From Aridibacter sp. (GTDB lineage: Bacteria; Acidobacteriota; Blastocatellia; Pyrinomonadales; Pyrinomonadaceae), in assembly GCA_035513035.1 (NCBI GenBank), contig DATKCW010000011.1:28893-92892 (forward strand): DNA of 64,000 nt, read 5' to 3'. The notes below the pieces were generated by a model, which worked only from the letters and a program-made list of their open reading frames with translations, had not been told where the DNA came from and did no database searches. Positions 47,013-56,871 of this stretch are shown here, piece after piece; within the stretch, counting starts at the first letter, position 1, and the number at the start of each line of letters is the position of its first letter. The position numbers and the translations under genes were made by a program.

Positions 47013-48938
47013 TCAAATCACCGGATCGTTCAGAACAGCCGCGAGGGATTTCATCCGCTCCGCATCCGCGCCGGTTCCGCCAGTCAGCGACGAGGCGAGA
47101 GATTTCAGCTTCGCGCGGTCGCCCGCGCCAAGTTTCGAGCTCTCGGCGCTTTGAACCGCATCGCGCAATGCCTTGATCCGGTCTGCGTCGAGCGCCTTTG
47201 ACCGCTCCATCTGATCTATGTAAGCCTTCGCGACGACCAGCTTGTTCGGCCAGACGATCTTCTCCTGATTCTGCACGTTGAACTCATCGACCCGGACCGC
47301 CTTTGCGGCGTCGATCTCGTTCTGCGTCAGGTGCCTCGTGGGCGTAAGTTCCAGGATGTCCAGACCGCGTGCGATCTCCGAAGCGTAGATCCGGCCGTTG
47401 TACCAATAAGCCGACCAGTGGCCGCCCATTATCAGCATGTTCTCGTCGATCGGGCCTCGGTCGAAGTATGCGATCTCGGCGGGCTTCGCCGGATCGGTGA
47501 AGTCCATCACGGAAATGCCGCCCTGGTACCACGCCTGCACCTTGATATCGCGCCCGGGAACCGGGACCAGCGAACCGTTGTGCGCTACGCAGTTCTCGCT
47601 GTTGCCTTGCGCCGCGGGCATCTTGTAGTAGTTCGCGAATTCGAGCTTGTTTCCGTTCAGACGGAACAGAGCGTTCGCGCCCCACGTGTTCGGATCGTTC
47701 GCGCGGCAGCGCGCTCCGAGTCCGCCGCCCCATTCGTCGGTGAACACGACCTTCTTGCCATCGTTCGAGAAGGAGGCCGAATGCCAGTAGGCGTAGTTCG
47801 GATCATTCACCGCGTCGACGCGTTTCGGATTCGCGGGGTCTCTTATGTCCAGAAGGATGCCATTCCCGGAACACGCGCCTGCGGCGAGACCGATCTCCGA
47901 ATACACAGTGATGTCGTGGCACTGGTTGGTGAGCGAAGGAGCGATGGTCCCTTTGGCGGGATCGTCAGAATGCGTGCCGCCGCTGTCGAGGCCCGCTATC
48001 TTGCCTGTTTCCTCATCCTTGAAGATCCTCGGGCTCGAAACGACCGCCGCATCCTGCGGGGCCTTCACGGGCACCTTGATCACGTCGATGCGGAACAGGG
48101 CCGTATTCGGATCTTCTTCCGGACGGCCGGCCGAACAGCCCTCGAGTTCTTCGCCAGGCCGCACAAAGGACGTTCCCGACACATATATGTAGACGTTTTC
48201 CCCGTCGTTCGGATCGGTCACCAGCGTGTGTGTGTGCGAGCCTCGGCATGTCTGGACCGCGCCGACCTGCCTTGGATTCCTTATGTCGCTGATGTCGAAG
48301 ATACGGACACCTCGGAAGCGGTCCCCGCTTGCCGCCGGAGTTCCGCCGGGACCGACCGCGTCAGCCGGAAATCCGTCGGTTCCGCAATCAAGGCGACCGT
48401 TAGGCATCTCGACCGACATGAACATAAGGTTCTTGTAAACGGAAACATCGCCCTGACCGCCCGGGCAAATCATCGACGTGAGGAGTTTCGCGTTCGAAGC
48501 GTCGGAGATGTCGTATATGTTGACACCGTAAAAATTGCCCATGAACACGCGGTTTCCCTGAAACGCGAGGTCCGAGTTGGCGAAGGCAAGCTGCGCCAGC
48601 ACGAGCCGGAGCGAGGGCGGCATCTGCGAACCGTCGCCGGCGCCTATCCGGCCGAGGATCGCTTTCACCCTCGGGTCGTCCGGATCGACGGTGCCGAGTT
48701 CGAAGGCGGACGGTTTCTTCAGGAGATCAACGTGTTTCATCCCGAGCGAAGCCTGTCCCGCGTCGTACATTCCCGGCGGAAGCTTGGCTCGCGGATCGTT
48801 CGAATCGGACCCGGTCATCCCTTCGGGAAGGGGCGGCGCCGATTCCAGATCCTGCGCCATCGCTCCGGCAGCGAGAACGGCGGTAAGAAGAAGGAAGATT
48901 GTAATTAAACGAAAGGTTCTTATTTTCGAGGGATTCAT
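47013..48938 (-). CDS. secreted beta-propeller protein (LVIVD-repeat-like)
   Basis: 641 aa with signal peptide. Repeated hydrophobic-DISD/propeller blades (VNIYDISD, VRIFDISDIRNP, ILLDIRDPANP). Confidence 0.65.
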   Translation of the reverse strand: MNPSKIRTFRLITIFLLLTAVLAAGAMAQDLESAPPLPEGMTGSDSNDPRAKLPPGMYDAGQASLGMKHVDLLKKPSAFELGTVDPDDPRVKAILGRIGAGDGSQMPPSLRLVLAQLAFANSDLAFQGNRVFMGNFYGVNIYDISDASNAKLLTSMICPGGQGDVSVYKNLMFMSVEMPNGRLDCGTDGFPADAVGPGGTPAASGDRFRGVRIFDISDIRNPRQVGAVQTCRGSHTHTLVTDPNDGENVYIYVSGTSFVRPGEELEGCSAGRPEEDPNTALFRIDVIKVPVKAPQDAAVVSSPRIFKDEETGKIAGLDSGGTHSDDPAKGTIAPSLTNQCHDITVYSEIGLAAGACSGNGILLDIRDPANPKRVDAVNDPNYAYWHSASFSNDGKKVVFTDEWGGGLGARCRANDPNTWGANALFRLNGNKLEFANYYKMPAAQGNSENCVAHNGSLVPVPGRDIKVQAWYQGGISVMDFTDPAKPAEIAYFDRGPIDENMLIMGGHWSAYWYNGRIYASEIARGLDILELTPTRHLTQNEIDAAKAVRVDEFNVQNQEKIVWPNKLVVAKAYIDQMERSKALDADRIKALRDAVQSAESSKLGAGDRAKLKSLASSLTGGTGADAERMKSLAAVLNDPVI

Positions 48939-48944
48939 ATTTTC

Positions 48945-49676
48945 TTAATTGTTCTCCTTGGGCAGTTCCCCAAGCATTTTCTGCATAAGTCTGATCTCCG
49001 CGCGCTGGCCGCTGTCGACATCCGTCGCGAAATTAAAAAGTTGGGCGTCCTGGCCCGCGCCGGCGGCGGCAAACAGGTCCGTCACCATCACAAGCGCACC
49101 TATGTGGTGCTGGATCATCCCGGAAAGGAACAGCCTGTCGAATTCCACGCCTTTCGCGATCGCTAGCTCCTCCATCTGCTTCGGAGTCAGCATCCCGGGC
49201 ATCTGGTGGTCCGACATATCCATTTTCCCGTCCGGCATATGATGGACCGCGTGTTCGCCGCCCTTCATATCCATCCCACCCATCGAGATCTTCTCGCCGC
49301 GGGATTCGAGCCAGCGTTTCATAAACTCGATCTCTTCCGCTTGAGTGTGGCTGATGCGCGCGCCAAGTAAAAGCAGATCCTTGTTGTCCGTGCGGTCGGC
49401 CATCAGCGCGACCATCTCGACCGCCTGCGCGTGATGGACGATCATTCCCTGCATGAACTCGACATCCTTTTTGGAGCCCGGAGGCAGTTTCGCTGTCGTC
49501 GATGCGGGAAGCTGCTTCGTCGGCTGTCCGGGAGCTCCTGGCTGGACAACGACCGGATCGTTCGGATCGACCTGCTGTGCACTTATAGACGCAGAAAGGA
49601 CCGCCAACAGGACGGCACTCGCCGCAAGCCCGAAGAAGATAGCGATCGGGCGACTTCTCTTTAACCGATTATTCAT
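48945..49676 (-). CDS. DUF305 domain protein (secreted, His/Met-rich)
   Basis: FMQGMIVHHAQAVEM and GMIQHHIGALVM duplicated DUF305 helices. His/Met-rich insert HHMPDGKMDMSDHQMPGM. Confidence 0.8.
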   Translation of the reverse strand: MNNRLKRSRPIAIFFGLAASAVLLAVLSASISAQQVDPNDPVVVQPGAPGQPTKQLPASTTAKLPPGSKKDVEFMQGMIVHHAQAVEMVALMADRTDNKDLLLLGARISHTQAEEIEFMKRWLESRGEKISMGGMDMKGGEHAVHHMPDGKMDMSDHQMPGMLTPKQMEELAIAKGVEFDRLFLSGMIQHHIGALVMVTDLFAAAGAGQDAQLFNFATDVDSGQRAEIRLMQKMLGELPKENN

Positions 49677-49938
49677 TGAGCGTTCAATTTACCACAAACG
49701 AGGGTTTCTTCGATGCGGACACGCGTACGATCCGTTGGAGCCCTTGCCGGGAACCACGTCTGTACGCTTCCGGGGCGGGATTGGTTCTCGGTCTTCCTGC
49801 CTGAGTCGTGGGAATTCGAGGGGACAGCAAAAAGCCCTGCCGTCGTGACCGGGTCTTTCAGATCTGGCCGCACTAAAGGGGTTGAGTCGTTAATGTATAT
49901 CCCCATGAAATCAAATTCGACCAGGCCAAGATCTTTTG

Positions 49939-50301
49939 TTACTTGGATATATAGAATCTAAGAATTCGGCCCGAGCATTTGTCCACATCTACATACCCGC
50001 TGCCACCGCCTTCGATCCCATCTCCAAGGCCTTCTTTGAGCTTGAATTTAACGAGAAACCGGTCCCCTTCGTCTTCAACAACTATGCGAAGCCTGTCCAA
50101 GTCTGTATCGTTCTTAACGAAATCTTTGGCAATATCAACGGCCTCTTTCTGAGAGACCTCCATATCCCCTCCCTGACGCCGGAGAACACATTCGGGGGGT
50201 TGATTCTCGCACCGCGAGAGCGCTGCCTCAGGCGGCACTTCGTGCGAATAAGGAGCACAGTTGGCCAACAGCAGGCACGTCATTAGAAATGTGTGTTTCA
50301 T
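49939..50301 (-). CDS. small lipoprotein, hypothetical
   Basis: Trimmed to MKHTFLMTCLLLANC (lipobox). 120 aa, lies in the AT-richer islet. Confidence 0.5.
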   Translation of the reverse strand: MKHTFLMTCLLLANCAPYSHEVPPEAALSRCENQPPECVLRRQGGDMEVSQKEAVDIAKDFVKNDTDLDRLRIVVEDEGDRFLVKFKLKEGLGDGIEGGGSGYVDVDKCSGRILRFYISK

Positions 50302-50475
50302 TGTTTTCCGCTTAGCGTTGTGTTCACGGGATCTCTGTCGTGAGACCCGTATAACCGGGATTTGATTCATCGAGATGGCGAACGCTCCATCATAGACCAT
50401 TCCATTCGTTCGCCAGATGACGTATAATGAACCGTCAGATGGCGAACAGTTGAGTTTCGCGGGATTTTGCTAAAA

Positions 50476-50961
50476 ATGGTACTGGAAAAGACGGAATCTT
50501 TGAAGAAGTCGAGCGTAACAAGTGCACAAGGTATGAGCGCGGTTTCTGACAGGGCTTTGATCGATAAGTATTTGGGTATCACCGCACCGAATACAAAGAC
50601 GTTGATGTCTCAAATCGAAAGGGGCTTTCCATTCGACGCCTTCAGGCACTTCCAGAGATCTACAGGTTTACAAGCTTCGAGCCTTAAGCTCGTGATCGGA
50701 ATAAGGCCCCGGACGTTCGACAGGCGAAAGAACGCCAATCGATTTACGACCGCAGAGTCTGACCGGCTTGTTTCCATCGCCCGTCTCTTTGTAAAGGCAA
50801 CGAGACTCTTTGAAGGTGATAAGGAGGCAGCCAGGAGATGGCTAACTTCAGATAGCAGGGCATTCGGAGGACTGACTCCTCTTGAAATGGCAAAGACAGA
50901 GACGGGAACCAGAGAGGTTGAAAAACTGATCGGACGTCTGGAGCAAGGAGTGTTTACCTAG
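50476..50961 (+). CDS. type II antitoxin, Xre/MbcA/ParS family (DUF2384 toxin-binding domain)
   Basis: C-terminal FGGLTPLEMAKTETGTREVEKLIGRLEQGVF is typical of DUF2384. Immediately precedes the RES gene. The listed TTG 50467 is an alternative start. Confidence 0.8.
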   Translation: MVLEKTESLKKSSVTSAQGMSAVSDRALIDKYLGITAPNTKTLMSQIERGFPFDAFRHFQRSTGLQASSLKLVIGIRPRTFDRRKNANRFTTAESDRLVSIARLFVKATRLFEGDKEAARRWLTSDSRAFGGLTPLEMAKTETGTREVEKLIGRLEQGVFT

Positions 50962-50975
50962 GTGTTTGTCGGATA

Positions 50976-51437
50976 ATGCTGTCTTGCTTCCGAATCGTTA
51001 AAGAACAGTTCGCAAATGACGCATTCAGCGGCGACGGAGCATATGAGTTCGGGGGGAGATGGAATTCGCCCGGATCTCGTGTCGTATACGCATCCGAATC
51101 GCTCGCTCTGGCTTGTCTGGAGATGCTGGTTCACCTGGACAAAGCATCGCTTCTCCGGAGCTATGTCTTCATAGAGGCCCGGTTCGACGAAGGCCTCGTC
51201 AGGGACATCGAAAGCCTGACAGCCCTTCCCGCCGACTGGCACCATTCTCAAGGGTCGATCGAACTCCAGTCGGTAGGTGATGAATGGATCGTGAGCGGAA
51301 CCAGCGCGGTCCTCAGGGTTCCTTCCGCGGTGATCCCGAAAAGCGTTAACTACCTGATCAATCCGGAGCACGAAGATTTCAAGAGTATTGCCTTCTCGGG
51401 CATTGCACCGATCGATTTTGATCCGAGATTGAAGTGA
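50976..51437 (+). CDS. RES domain toxin (NAD+-targeting RES family)
   Basis: 153 aa. GGRWNSPGSRVVYASESLALACLE, with R..E..S residues in the usual spacing. Confidence 0.85.
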   Translation: MLSCFRIVKEQFANDAFSGDGAYEFGGRWNSPGSRVVYASESLALACLEMLVHLDKASLLRSYVFIEARFDEGLVRDIESLTALPADWHHSQGSIELQSVGDEWIVSGTSAVLRVPSAVIPKSVNYLINPEHEDFKSIAFSGIAPIDFDPRLK

Positions 51438-51465
51438 TCAGATCTGCGAGGACGCGTTCGAAGTG

Positions 51466-51494
51466 AAAAGCCCGGACATCGTGACCGGGCTTTT
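51466..51494. terminator. bidirectional hairpin between the RES and HigA genes (copy 2 of the tRNA-Asn terminator family)
   Basis: AAAAGCCCGG-ACATCGTGA-CCGGGCTTTT between convergent genes. Confidence 0.6.
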
Positions 51495-51531
51495 CATCTG
51501 ACTGCGACAAATGGCCGCCGGGATAATCGCC

Positions 51532-51918
51532 TCAGATGAACAAAGCCGCAGAGACATTGAACCGCTCGGAAAGGCGCTTCGCCTGTTCCTTGCTGATCTC
51601 GCGCTTTCCGTTGACCACCTGTGAGACCCTTCCGCTGGATCCGAAGAGGTCGACCAGATCGGCCTGCTTCAGGTCGTTCGCCTCCATAAGGAACAGCAGC
51701 CTGGAGCGAGGCGTCGTCTTCGTCTTGATGGGAAATGCTTCCTTTTCGTAGTTCTCAACGAGCACCGCGAGGAGTTCCAAGAGCTTGAGTTCGTCAGGCG
51801 AGAGCCTCTCTTTGTCCATCAAACGGTTCACAATCTCCATCGTTCTTTCGTATTCTTCCTCCGATTTGATCACTCCCGGGACCGTCTCGCTCAAGAGAAC
51901 TGCATATTCGTTTTTCAT
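51532..51918 (-). CDS. higA: HigA-type antitoxin (HTH-XRE)
   Basis: 128 aa. C-terminal HTH (LKQADLVDLFGSSGRVSQVVNGKREISKEQAKRLSERF). GGTGAGGAG RBS, downstream of higB. Confidence 0.8.
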   Translation of the reverse strand: MKNEYAVLLSETVPGVIKSEEEYERTMEIVNRLMDKERLSPDELKLLELLAVLVENYEKEAFPIKTKTTPRSRLLFLMEANDLKQADLVDLFGSSGRVSQVVNGKREISKEQAKRLSERFNVSAALFI

Positions 51919-51978
51919 TACTCCTCACCTCTTCGAACTCCGACTTGGAAATGCGTGCGTCTAGACGCTTTGAAGTGA

Positions 51979-52275
51979 TTACTCACAGCCTTCTTTCCAT
52001 TTGTCCGAGTCGTATTCCGAATGTGTCAGCAGCATTCGAACCATCACGATCGACGCCTGAAAATTGATCTTCGCAATCAGCCTGAACTTGTTTCCGCCAA
52101 TGTTGAATACATAGCAAGAACCGACCCTGTCACAATTGCGGAACGTCTTGCGAATATCGATCAGACTCTCCCATTCAGCATCTATAACGTGTTCGATCCA
52201 ATGGTCCGCCGAGCTGCGAGCCCGGGAATGGGTTCGGCAGAAGGTGTCGATGTTCTTTAAGCCAAGTACCTTCAT
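51979..52275 (-). CDS. higB: HigB-type toxin (mRNA interferase)
   Basis: Trimmed to MKVLGLKNIDTFCRTH...NIGGNKFRLIAKINF...THSEYD. The listed ORF extends falsely through the tRNA gene. Confidence 0.8.
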   Translation of the reverse strand: MKVLGLKNIDTFCRTHSRARSSADHWIEHVIDAEWESLIDIRKTFRNCDRVGSCYVFNIGGNKFRLIAKINFQASIVMVRMLLTHSEYDSDKWKEGCE

Positions 52276-52400
52276 TCGGTCATCGCCGCTCCCGCCGACG
52301 CCAACTATCCTACCAAAACGGCAGGATAGATTCAAATGAAAACTGCCGTTTTCGTAGCAATTTTCTAACGGTTCTCGGTGGGGTTGGACAAATCCAAAGC

Positions 52401-52430
52401 AAAAAGCCCGGCCGTCGCGACCGGGCTCTT
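52401..52430 (-). terminator. rho-independent terminator of tRNA-Asn
   Basis: On the minus strand, 6 nt after CCA: AGAGCCCGG-TCGCGACG-GCCGGGCTTTTT. Confidence 0.7.
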
Positions 52431-52436
52431 CAGATG

Positions 52437-52511
<75 letters not shown>

Positions 52512-52818
52512 ATACGCCCCTCGCTCCCGAGGAGGCGAATAGATTTTATAACATCCGCCCCCACCAAATTGCAACCAACAGTCTCTTTCCAATATAAACT
52601 GATACCGAAGGCGCAGGCTGTTTCCAGCATAGAATGATACCGACGATGTCCCGCGTTCTGTTCGCGGTCGGCAGATAAAGAAGATCACCAAGGCTCCAAC
52701 CTCCGCGGAACGCCGGAGGTTCGCGAAGACCGTTCCAAATCACACCGTTTGCTGTTATCTTATACGCGGTCCCGGCTGTCCGGCCGGCTCCTGAGTCGCG
52801 AGTCATCGGTCTGCTTCA

Positions 52819-53508
52819 ATGGAAATTTCCGTCATAATCCCCACGTACAACGAGGAACAGACGATAGGGAAAACGCTCGACGCGCTGTCCAGGCTGGTCA
52901 ACGTGTCCGAGCTGGTGATAGTCGACGGAGGCAGCACCGACCGCACGATCGAGATCGCCGAAACTCACGACAAGATAAAGAACACCCAGATCGTAAGCCT
53001 AAGCCGGACGAGCCGGGGGTTTCAGCTTCACGCCGGCGCCGAACACGCGACAGGCGAGATACTCTGGTTCGTGTATGCCGACGCCAGGCCGGTCCAGGGG
53101 TCCGGCAGCCAGATAAAGAAATACCTGCGTGACGAAGATATCTCCGGCGGCCATTTCGAGGTTTATTTCAAAGGCGGCTCCTTTTGGGCGCGCCTTATGA
53201 CGCGGATCTGCGCACAGATCCGTTCGTCCGGGCTTGTTTACGGCGAGTCGGCGATCTTCACGCGGCGCGACACTTACGAAAGAGCCGGCGGCTTCCGCGA
53301 CCTTCCGAAGTTCGAGGACGTCGATCTCGCGTACAGGCTGCAGAAGCTGGGCCGGTTCGTTTATGTAAAGATGCCGGTCGAGATATCGGACCGACGGTTC
53401 AGAAACCGGTTTTGGTGGAGATTTTTGAAATGGAGCGTCCGGCAGACGCTCTACTGGATCGGCATTCCGCCGAGGTTCCTTTCGAGGGAGTACCTGCCCT
53501 CGCGGTGA
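52819..53508 (+). CDS. family 2 glycosyltransferase
   Basis: MEISVIIPTYNEEQTI...VIVDGGSTDRT is typical of the GT2 N terminus. 229 aa. Confidence 0.8.
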   Translation: MEISVIIPTYNEEQTIGKTLDALSRLVNVSELVIVDGGSTDRTIEIAETHDKIKNTQIVSLSRTSRGFQLHAGAEHATGEILWFVYADARPVQGSGSQIKKYLRDEDISGGHFEVYFKGGSFWARLMTRICAQIRSSGLVYGESAIFTRRDTYERAGGFRDLPKFEDVDLAYRLQKLGRFVYVKMPVEISDRRFRNRFWWRFLKWSVRQTLYWIGIPPRFLSREYLPSR

Positions 53509-53516
53509 ACGGAGAT

Positions 53517-54242
53517 ATGGGCGACACTACCAAAGAAAAACAGCTTGCGGCGCTGGAAGCCGCGAAATTGGTTGAGGACGGAATGGTCCTAGGGCTAGGT
53601 ACCGGCTCGACCGCCTTTTACGCGATCGAGGAGATCGGAACAATGGTCTTCAACGGCTTCTCCGTGACGGCGGTCGCGACTTCGGCGCGCACTGAAGAGC
53701 AGGCCGTGAAGCTCGGGATCGACCTGGTGTCGATAGACGAGGTAGATTCGATCGACCTGACGATCGACGGCACGGACGAGTTCGACGCCAATCTGAACCT
53801 GATCAAGGGCGGCGGCGGCGCGCTTCTGAAGGAGAAGATGGTCGCGAGAAAATCCGACCGGCAGGTGATAATCGCCGATTCGACGAAGAAGGTTGAGAAG
53901 CTCGGCGCGTTCCGGATCCCGGTCGAGGTACTTCCGTTCACGGTTAACTACGTGAGGGAATTGATCGACGATTCGGGCGGCAAGGGCCATATCCGTATGA
54001 ACGGCGAAGAGTACTATCTGACGGACGAAGAGAATTACATCATCGACGCGGACTACGGGCTTCTGGACGACCCGTACGGGATCTCGGACTACCTGAATGA
54101 CATCGAGGGAGTCGTCTGTAACGGGCTGTTTCTCGATCTCGCGGAAATCGTGATCGTCGGCGAGGACGACCGGGTCGTTACTTACACGAGGGAAGTGGAA
54201 CAGGATGGACGGGATGTGCAAGATGGGGGGCTGCTTGCGTGA
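53517..54242 (+). CDS. rpiA: ribose-5-phosphate isomerase A
   Basis: ORF 53184..54242 trimmed to MGDTTKEKQLAA. GLGTGST, DGTDE and KGGGGALLKEK motifs. Confidence 0.9.
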   Translation: MGDTTKEKQLAALEAAKLVEDGMVLGLGTGSTAFYAIEEIGTMVFNGFSVTAVATSARTEEQAVKLGIDLVSIDEVDSIDLTIDGTDEFDANLNLIKGGGGALLKEKMVARKSDRQVIIADSTKKVEKLGAFRIPVEVLPFTVNYVRELIDDSGGKGHIRMNGEEYYLTDEENYIIDADYGLLDDPYGISDYLNDIEGVVCNGLFLDLAEIVIVGEDDRVVTYTREVEQDGRDVQDGGLLA

Positions 54243-54536
54243 GCGGGAAGCAGTGAGCAGTGAGCGGTGAGCAGTAAGTAGGTAGGGGCGTAGATCAGGA
54301 CTGAGAGGGAAGGACTGAGGACTGAGCGTCGTGCATCAGGTATCATGTGTCGAGTACCTGCCAGCATTCGTGACCCGAAGAGTCAAAGCGAACCATCGCG
54401 TAGCGATGCCGTAACTTAGCCGCGGGCTTCAGCCCACGGAACTTCTGTAAAGGTTCTTCCGCCTGTTCCCGTGGCCTGAAGGCCACGGGTAAGGTAATTG
54501 TGTCGCTGACGCGACGCGTTGCAGACCGAATACTGA

Positions 54537-54603
54537 GGGCGGGGACAAGCCCCGCCGACCATTGAGTTCCGGAACCCCGGGCGGGGACGAGCCCCGCCCC
54601 TAC
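54537..54603 (-). repeat. variant REP doublet (GGCGGGG-N-CCCCGCC stem)
   Basis: GGGCGGGGACAAGCCCCGCC and GGGCGGGGACGAGCCCCGCCCCTAC, ending 7 nt before the crcB ATG. Confidence 0.6.
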
Positions 54604-54609
54604 GATCAA

Positions 54610-54993
54610 ATGGATACCGCCACAAAACTCATTTTCATCGCCGCCGGAGGGGCGTTCGGTGCGGTGGCTAGGTACCTCATCAACATCTCGCCGCTGAAGG
54701 ACCTGCCAGGCGCATTCCCATACCCGACGTTCGCGATCAACATCGTCGGATCGTTCCTTATCGGTTTCTGCTTCATCGCCCTGACCGACCGGTTCGAGGT
54801 CGGCGATAACCTGCGTTTCGCGATAATGGTCGGTTTCCTCGGCGCATTCACGACATTTTCTACATTCGAGCTCGAGATCTGGGGACTCTTCCGCGACGGA
54901 AGGAACCTCGCCGTCTTCCTCTACATCTTCCTGAGCCTCGCGCTCGGCTTTGTAGGATTAATCCTCGGAATTTTCGTGGCGAGGAAGCCCTGA
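54610..54993 (+). CDS. crcB: fluoride ion channel CrcB/FluC
   Basis: Trimmed to MDTATKLIFIAAGGAFGAVARY. GFLGAFTTFSTF motif, 127 aa, 4 TM. Confidence 0.9.
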   Translation: MDTATKLIFIAAGGAFGAVARYLINISPLKDLPGAFPYPTFAINIVGSFLIGFCFIALTDRFEVGDNLRFAIMVGFLGAFTTFSTFELEIWGLFRDGRNLAVFLYIFLSLALGFVGLILGIFVARKP

Positions 54994-55032
54994 GAACGGT
55001 CTCAATTACCCATCTGCCCGCACTGTGGAGAT

Positions 55033-55623
55033 ATGGATACAGCTTATCTGCACATCGTCACCAATCATATCCCGATCGTTGGCGTGCCGTTCGCGGCGGC
55101 GCTTCTGGTCCTTGGAATCTGGAAGAATAGCGACGACCTGAAGTCCGCCGCGTTCCTTTCTTTCTTCGCGCTCGGCCTTGTCGTCATCCTCGTTTATCTG
55201 ACCGGGGAGCCTGCGGAGGAGCTCGTCGAGAACATACCCGGCGTCGGCGAGAACGCGATCGACGACCACGAGGACTTCGCGTTCTACGCGCTGGGTTCGG
55301 TGCTGGCGACTGGAGCCGTTTCGGGCATCGCGTTCCTCCTGTTCAAGGGATGGCGGGTTCTTGTTCGCGGGAAGAAAGTGGATGGCGAAAGTTCGACCTA
55401 TCCGGTCTGGCTGGCGCCTTCGATCCTGGTTCTCGCCTTGATCAGCTCGGGAGTGCTGAGTTACACCGGGAAGCTCGGGGGAATGATCCGCCACACCGAG
55501 TTTTACGGCGCTGCACCCGCGGCTGAAGCTGACGAAGGCGACGAAGCGGAAGAACGCGAGGAAGAAGAGGACGACGACCGCAGTGGAAGGGGCCGAGGGC
55601 GAAACCGAGGCGGCGACCGCTAG
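55033..55623 (+). CDS. membrane protein, hypothetical (4 TM, acidic/Arg-rich tail)
   Basis: 196 aa, hydrophobic N part, tail EADEGDEAEEREEEEDDDRSGRGRGRNRGGDR. Confidence 0.6.
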   Translation: MDTAYLHIVTNHIPIVGVPFAAALLVLGIWKNSDDLKSAAFLSFFALGLVVILVYLTGEPAEELVENIPGVGENAIDDHEDFAFYALGSVLATGAVSGIAFLLFKGWRVLVRGKKVDGESSTYPVWLAPSILVLALISSGVLSYTGKLGGMIRHTEFYGAAPAAEADEGDEAEEREEEEDDDRSGRGRGRNRGGDR

Positions 55624-56747
55624 TTCAGAAGGCTGTTTCTCGCATCGATCACGATCCGGACTGCCTCGCGTGGCGAGTCCGCCATCGCCGTAATGTGCCC
55701 CATCTTTCGGCCGGGTCGCGCATCGGCCTTTCCGTAGAGGTGTAACTTCACATCAGGATCCCTCAGAATTCGGCTCCAGTCCGGCTCGCCGTTCGCCCAA
55801 AGGTCGCCTAGGAGGTTCGCCATCGCGGCGGGTTTCATCAATTCGGTCGATCCGAGCGGAAGTCCGCAGACCGCCCTTACCTGCTGTTCGAACTGGCAAG
55901 TAACCGACGCGTCGAATGTCAGGTGGCCCGAGTTGTGCGGCCTCGGCGCGATCTCATTGACAAGCAGATCTTCGTCTCCGGTTACGAAGAACTCGACGCA
56001 CAAGGTGCCCACGTAATCGAACTTCTCGGCGATGCCACGCGTGATCTGCACCGCGTCGTCGCGCATTTTGCTCGTGACCTCGGCGGGCGCGAACGAGATG
56101 TCAAGGATGTGATTACTGTGATCGTTCTCGATGACGCCGAAGTGGGCGAAATTGCCGTCGGCATCCCGTGCGGCGACAACCGAGACCTCCTTTTCAAAAT
56201 CGATAAATTTCTCGAGGATAGCCTCATTCCCGCCGATACTTCCGAAAGCGTCATCGCAGTCTTCAATGTTCTTCACCTTCCGCTGGCCCTTCCCGTCGTA
56301 TCCAAACCCTGCGGTCTTCAGCACCGACGGATGTCCGATCTCGTAGACGGAGGCCCTGAGCGTATCGAGGCTGGTCACGTGGCTGTACGGCGCTACCGGA
56401 AATCCGTTCGCCGACAAGAATGTTTTCTCACGCAGGCGGTTCTGCGTTGTGTGAAGGACGTCGCCCCTTGGATGCACAGGCGCAAATTCGGCGGCGGTTT
56501 CGATGGTCTTTGAAGGGACGTTCTCGAACTCGAAGGTGACGACATCGACGGCGCGAGCGAACTCTTGGACCCGGTCGAGGTCGTCGTAGTCGGCGGCGAT
56601 CTCGAAGTCGGCGATGTGCCCGGTGGGAGTGTCGCTGACGAGCGAGTATGTGTGGACGCGGTAACCGAGCTTGCGCGCCTCGATGGCGAACATCCGCCCG
56701 AGCTGGCCGGAGCCGAACACGCCGATTGTCGAACCTGGTGGGATCAT
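55620..56747 (-). CDS. purK: N5-carboxyaminoimidazole ribonucleotide synthase
   Basis: IGVFGSGQLGRM ATP-grasp N terminus, 375 aa, PurK-like throughout. Confidence 0.9.
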   Translation of the reverse strand: MIPPGSTIGVFGSGQLGRMFAIEARKLGYRVHTYSLVSDTPTGHIADFEIAADYDDLDRVQEFARAVDVVTFEFENVPSKTIETAAEFAPVHPRGDVLHTTQNRLREKTFLSANGFPVAPYSHVTSLDTLRASVYEIGHPSVLKTAGFGYDGKGQRKVKNIEDCDDAFGSIGGNEAILEKFIDFEKEVSVVAARDADGNFAHFGVIENDHSNHILDISFAPAEVTSKMRDDAVQITRGIAEKFDYVGTLCVEFFVTGDEDLLVNEIAPRPHNSGHLTFDASVTCQFEQQVRAVCGLPLGSTELMKPAAMANLLGDLWANGEPDWSRILRDPDVKLHLYGKADARPGRKMGHITAMADSPREAVRIVIDARNSLLN

Positions 56748-56871
56748 CGTTTGTCAGCCACGAAGGTAAACGAAGGAATCACAAAGAGCATAATTGTTAT
56801 TACAGTAACCGCGCGGGGTCAAATCCGGGTTAACGGCTTCCCCTTAGTGAATCTTTGTGTTCCTACGTGGT

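Noticed and set aside
54243-54609. Fluoride riboswitch upstream of crcB
   Set aside because: The region is made of repeat words (GTGAGCA and GGACTGA heptamers, CCCGTGGCC-TGAA-GGCCACGGG hairpin, variant REPs). I could not recognise the conserved GGYGATGG...CTGATGAYKCCTAC core.
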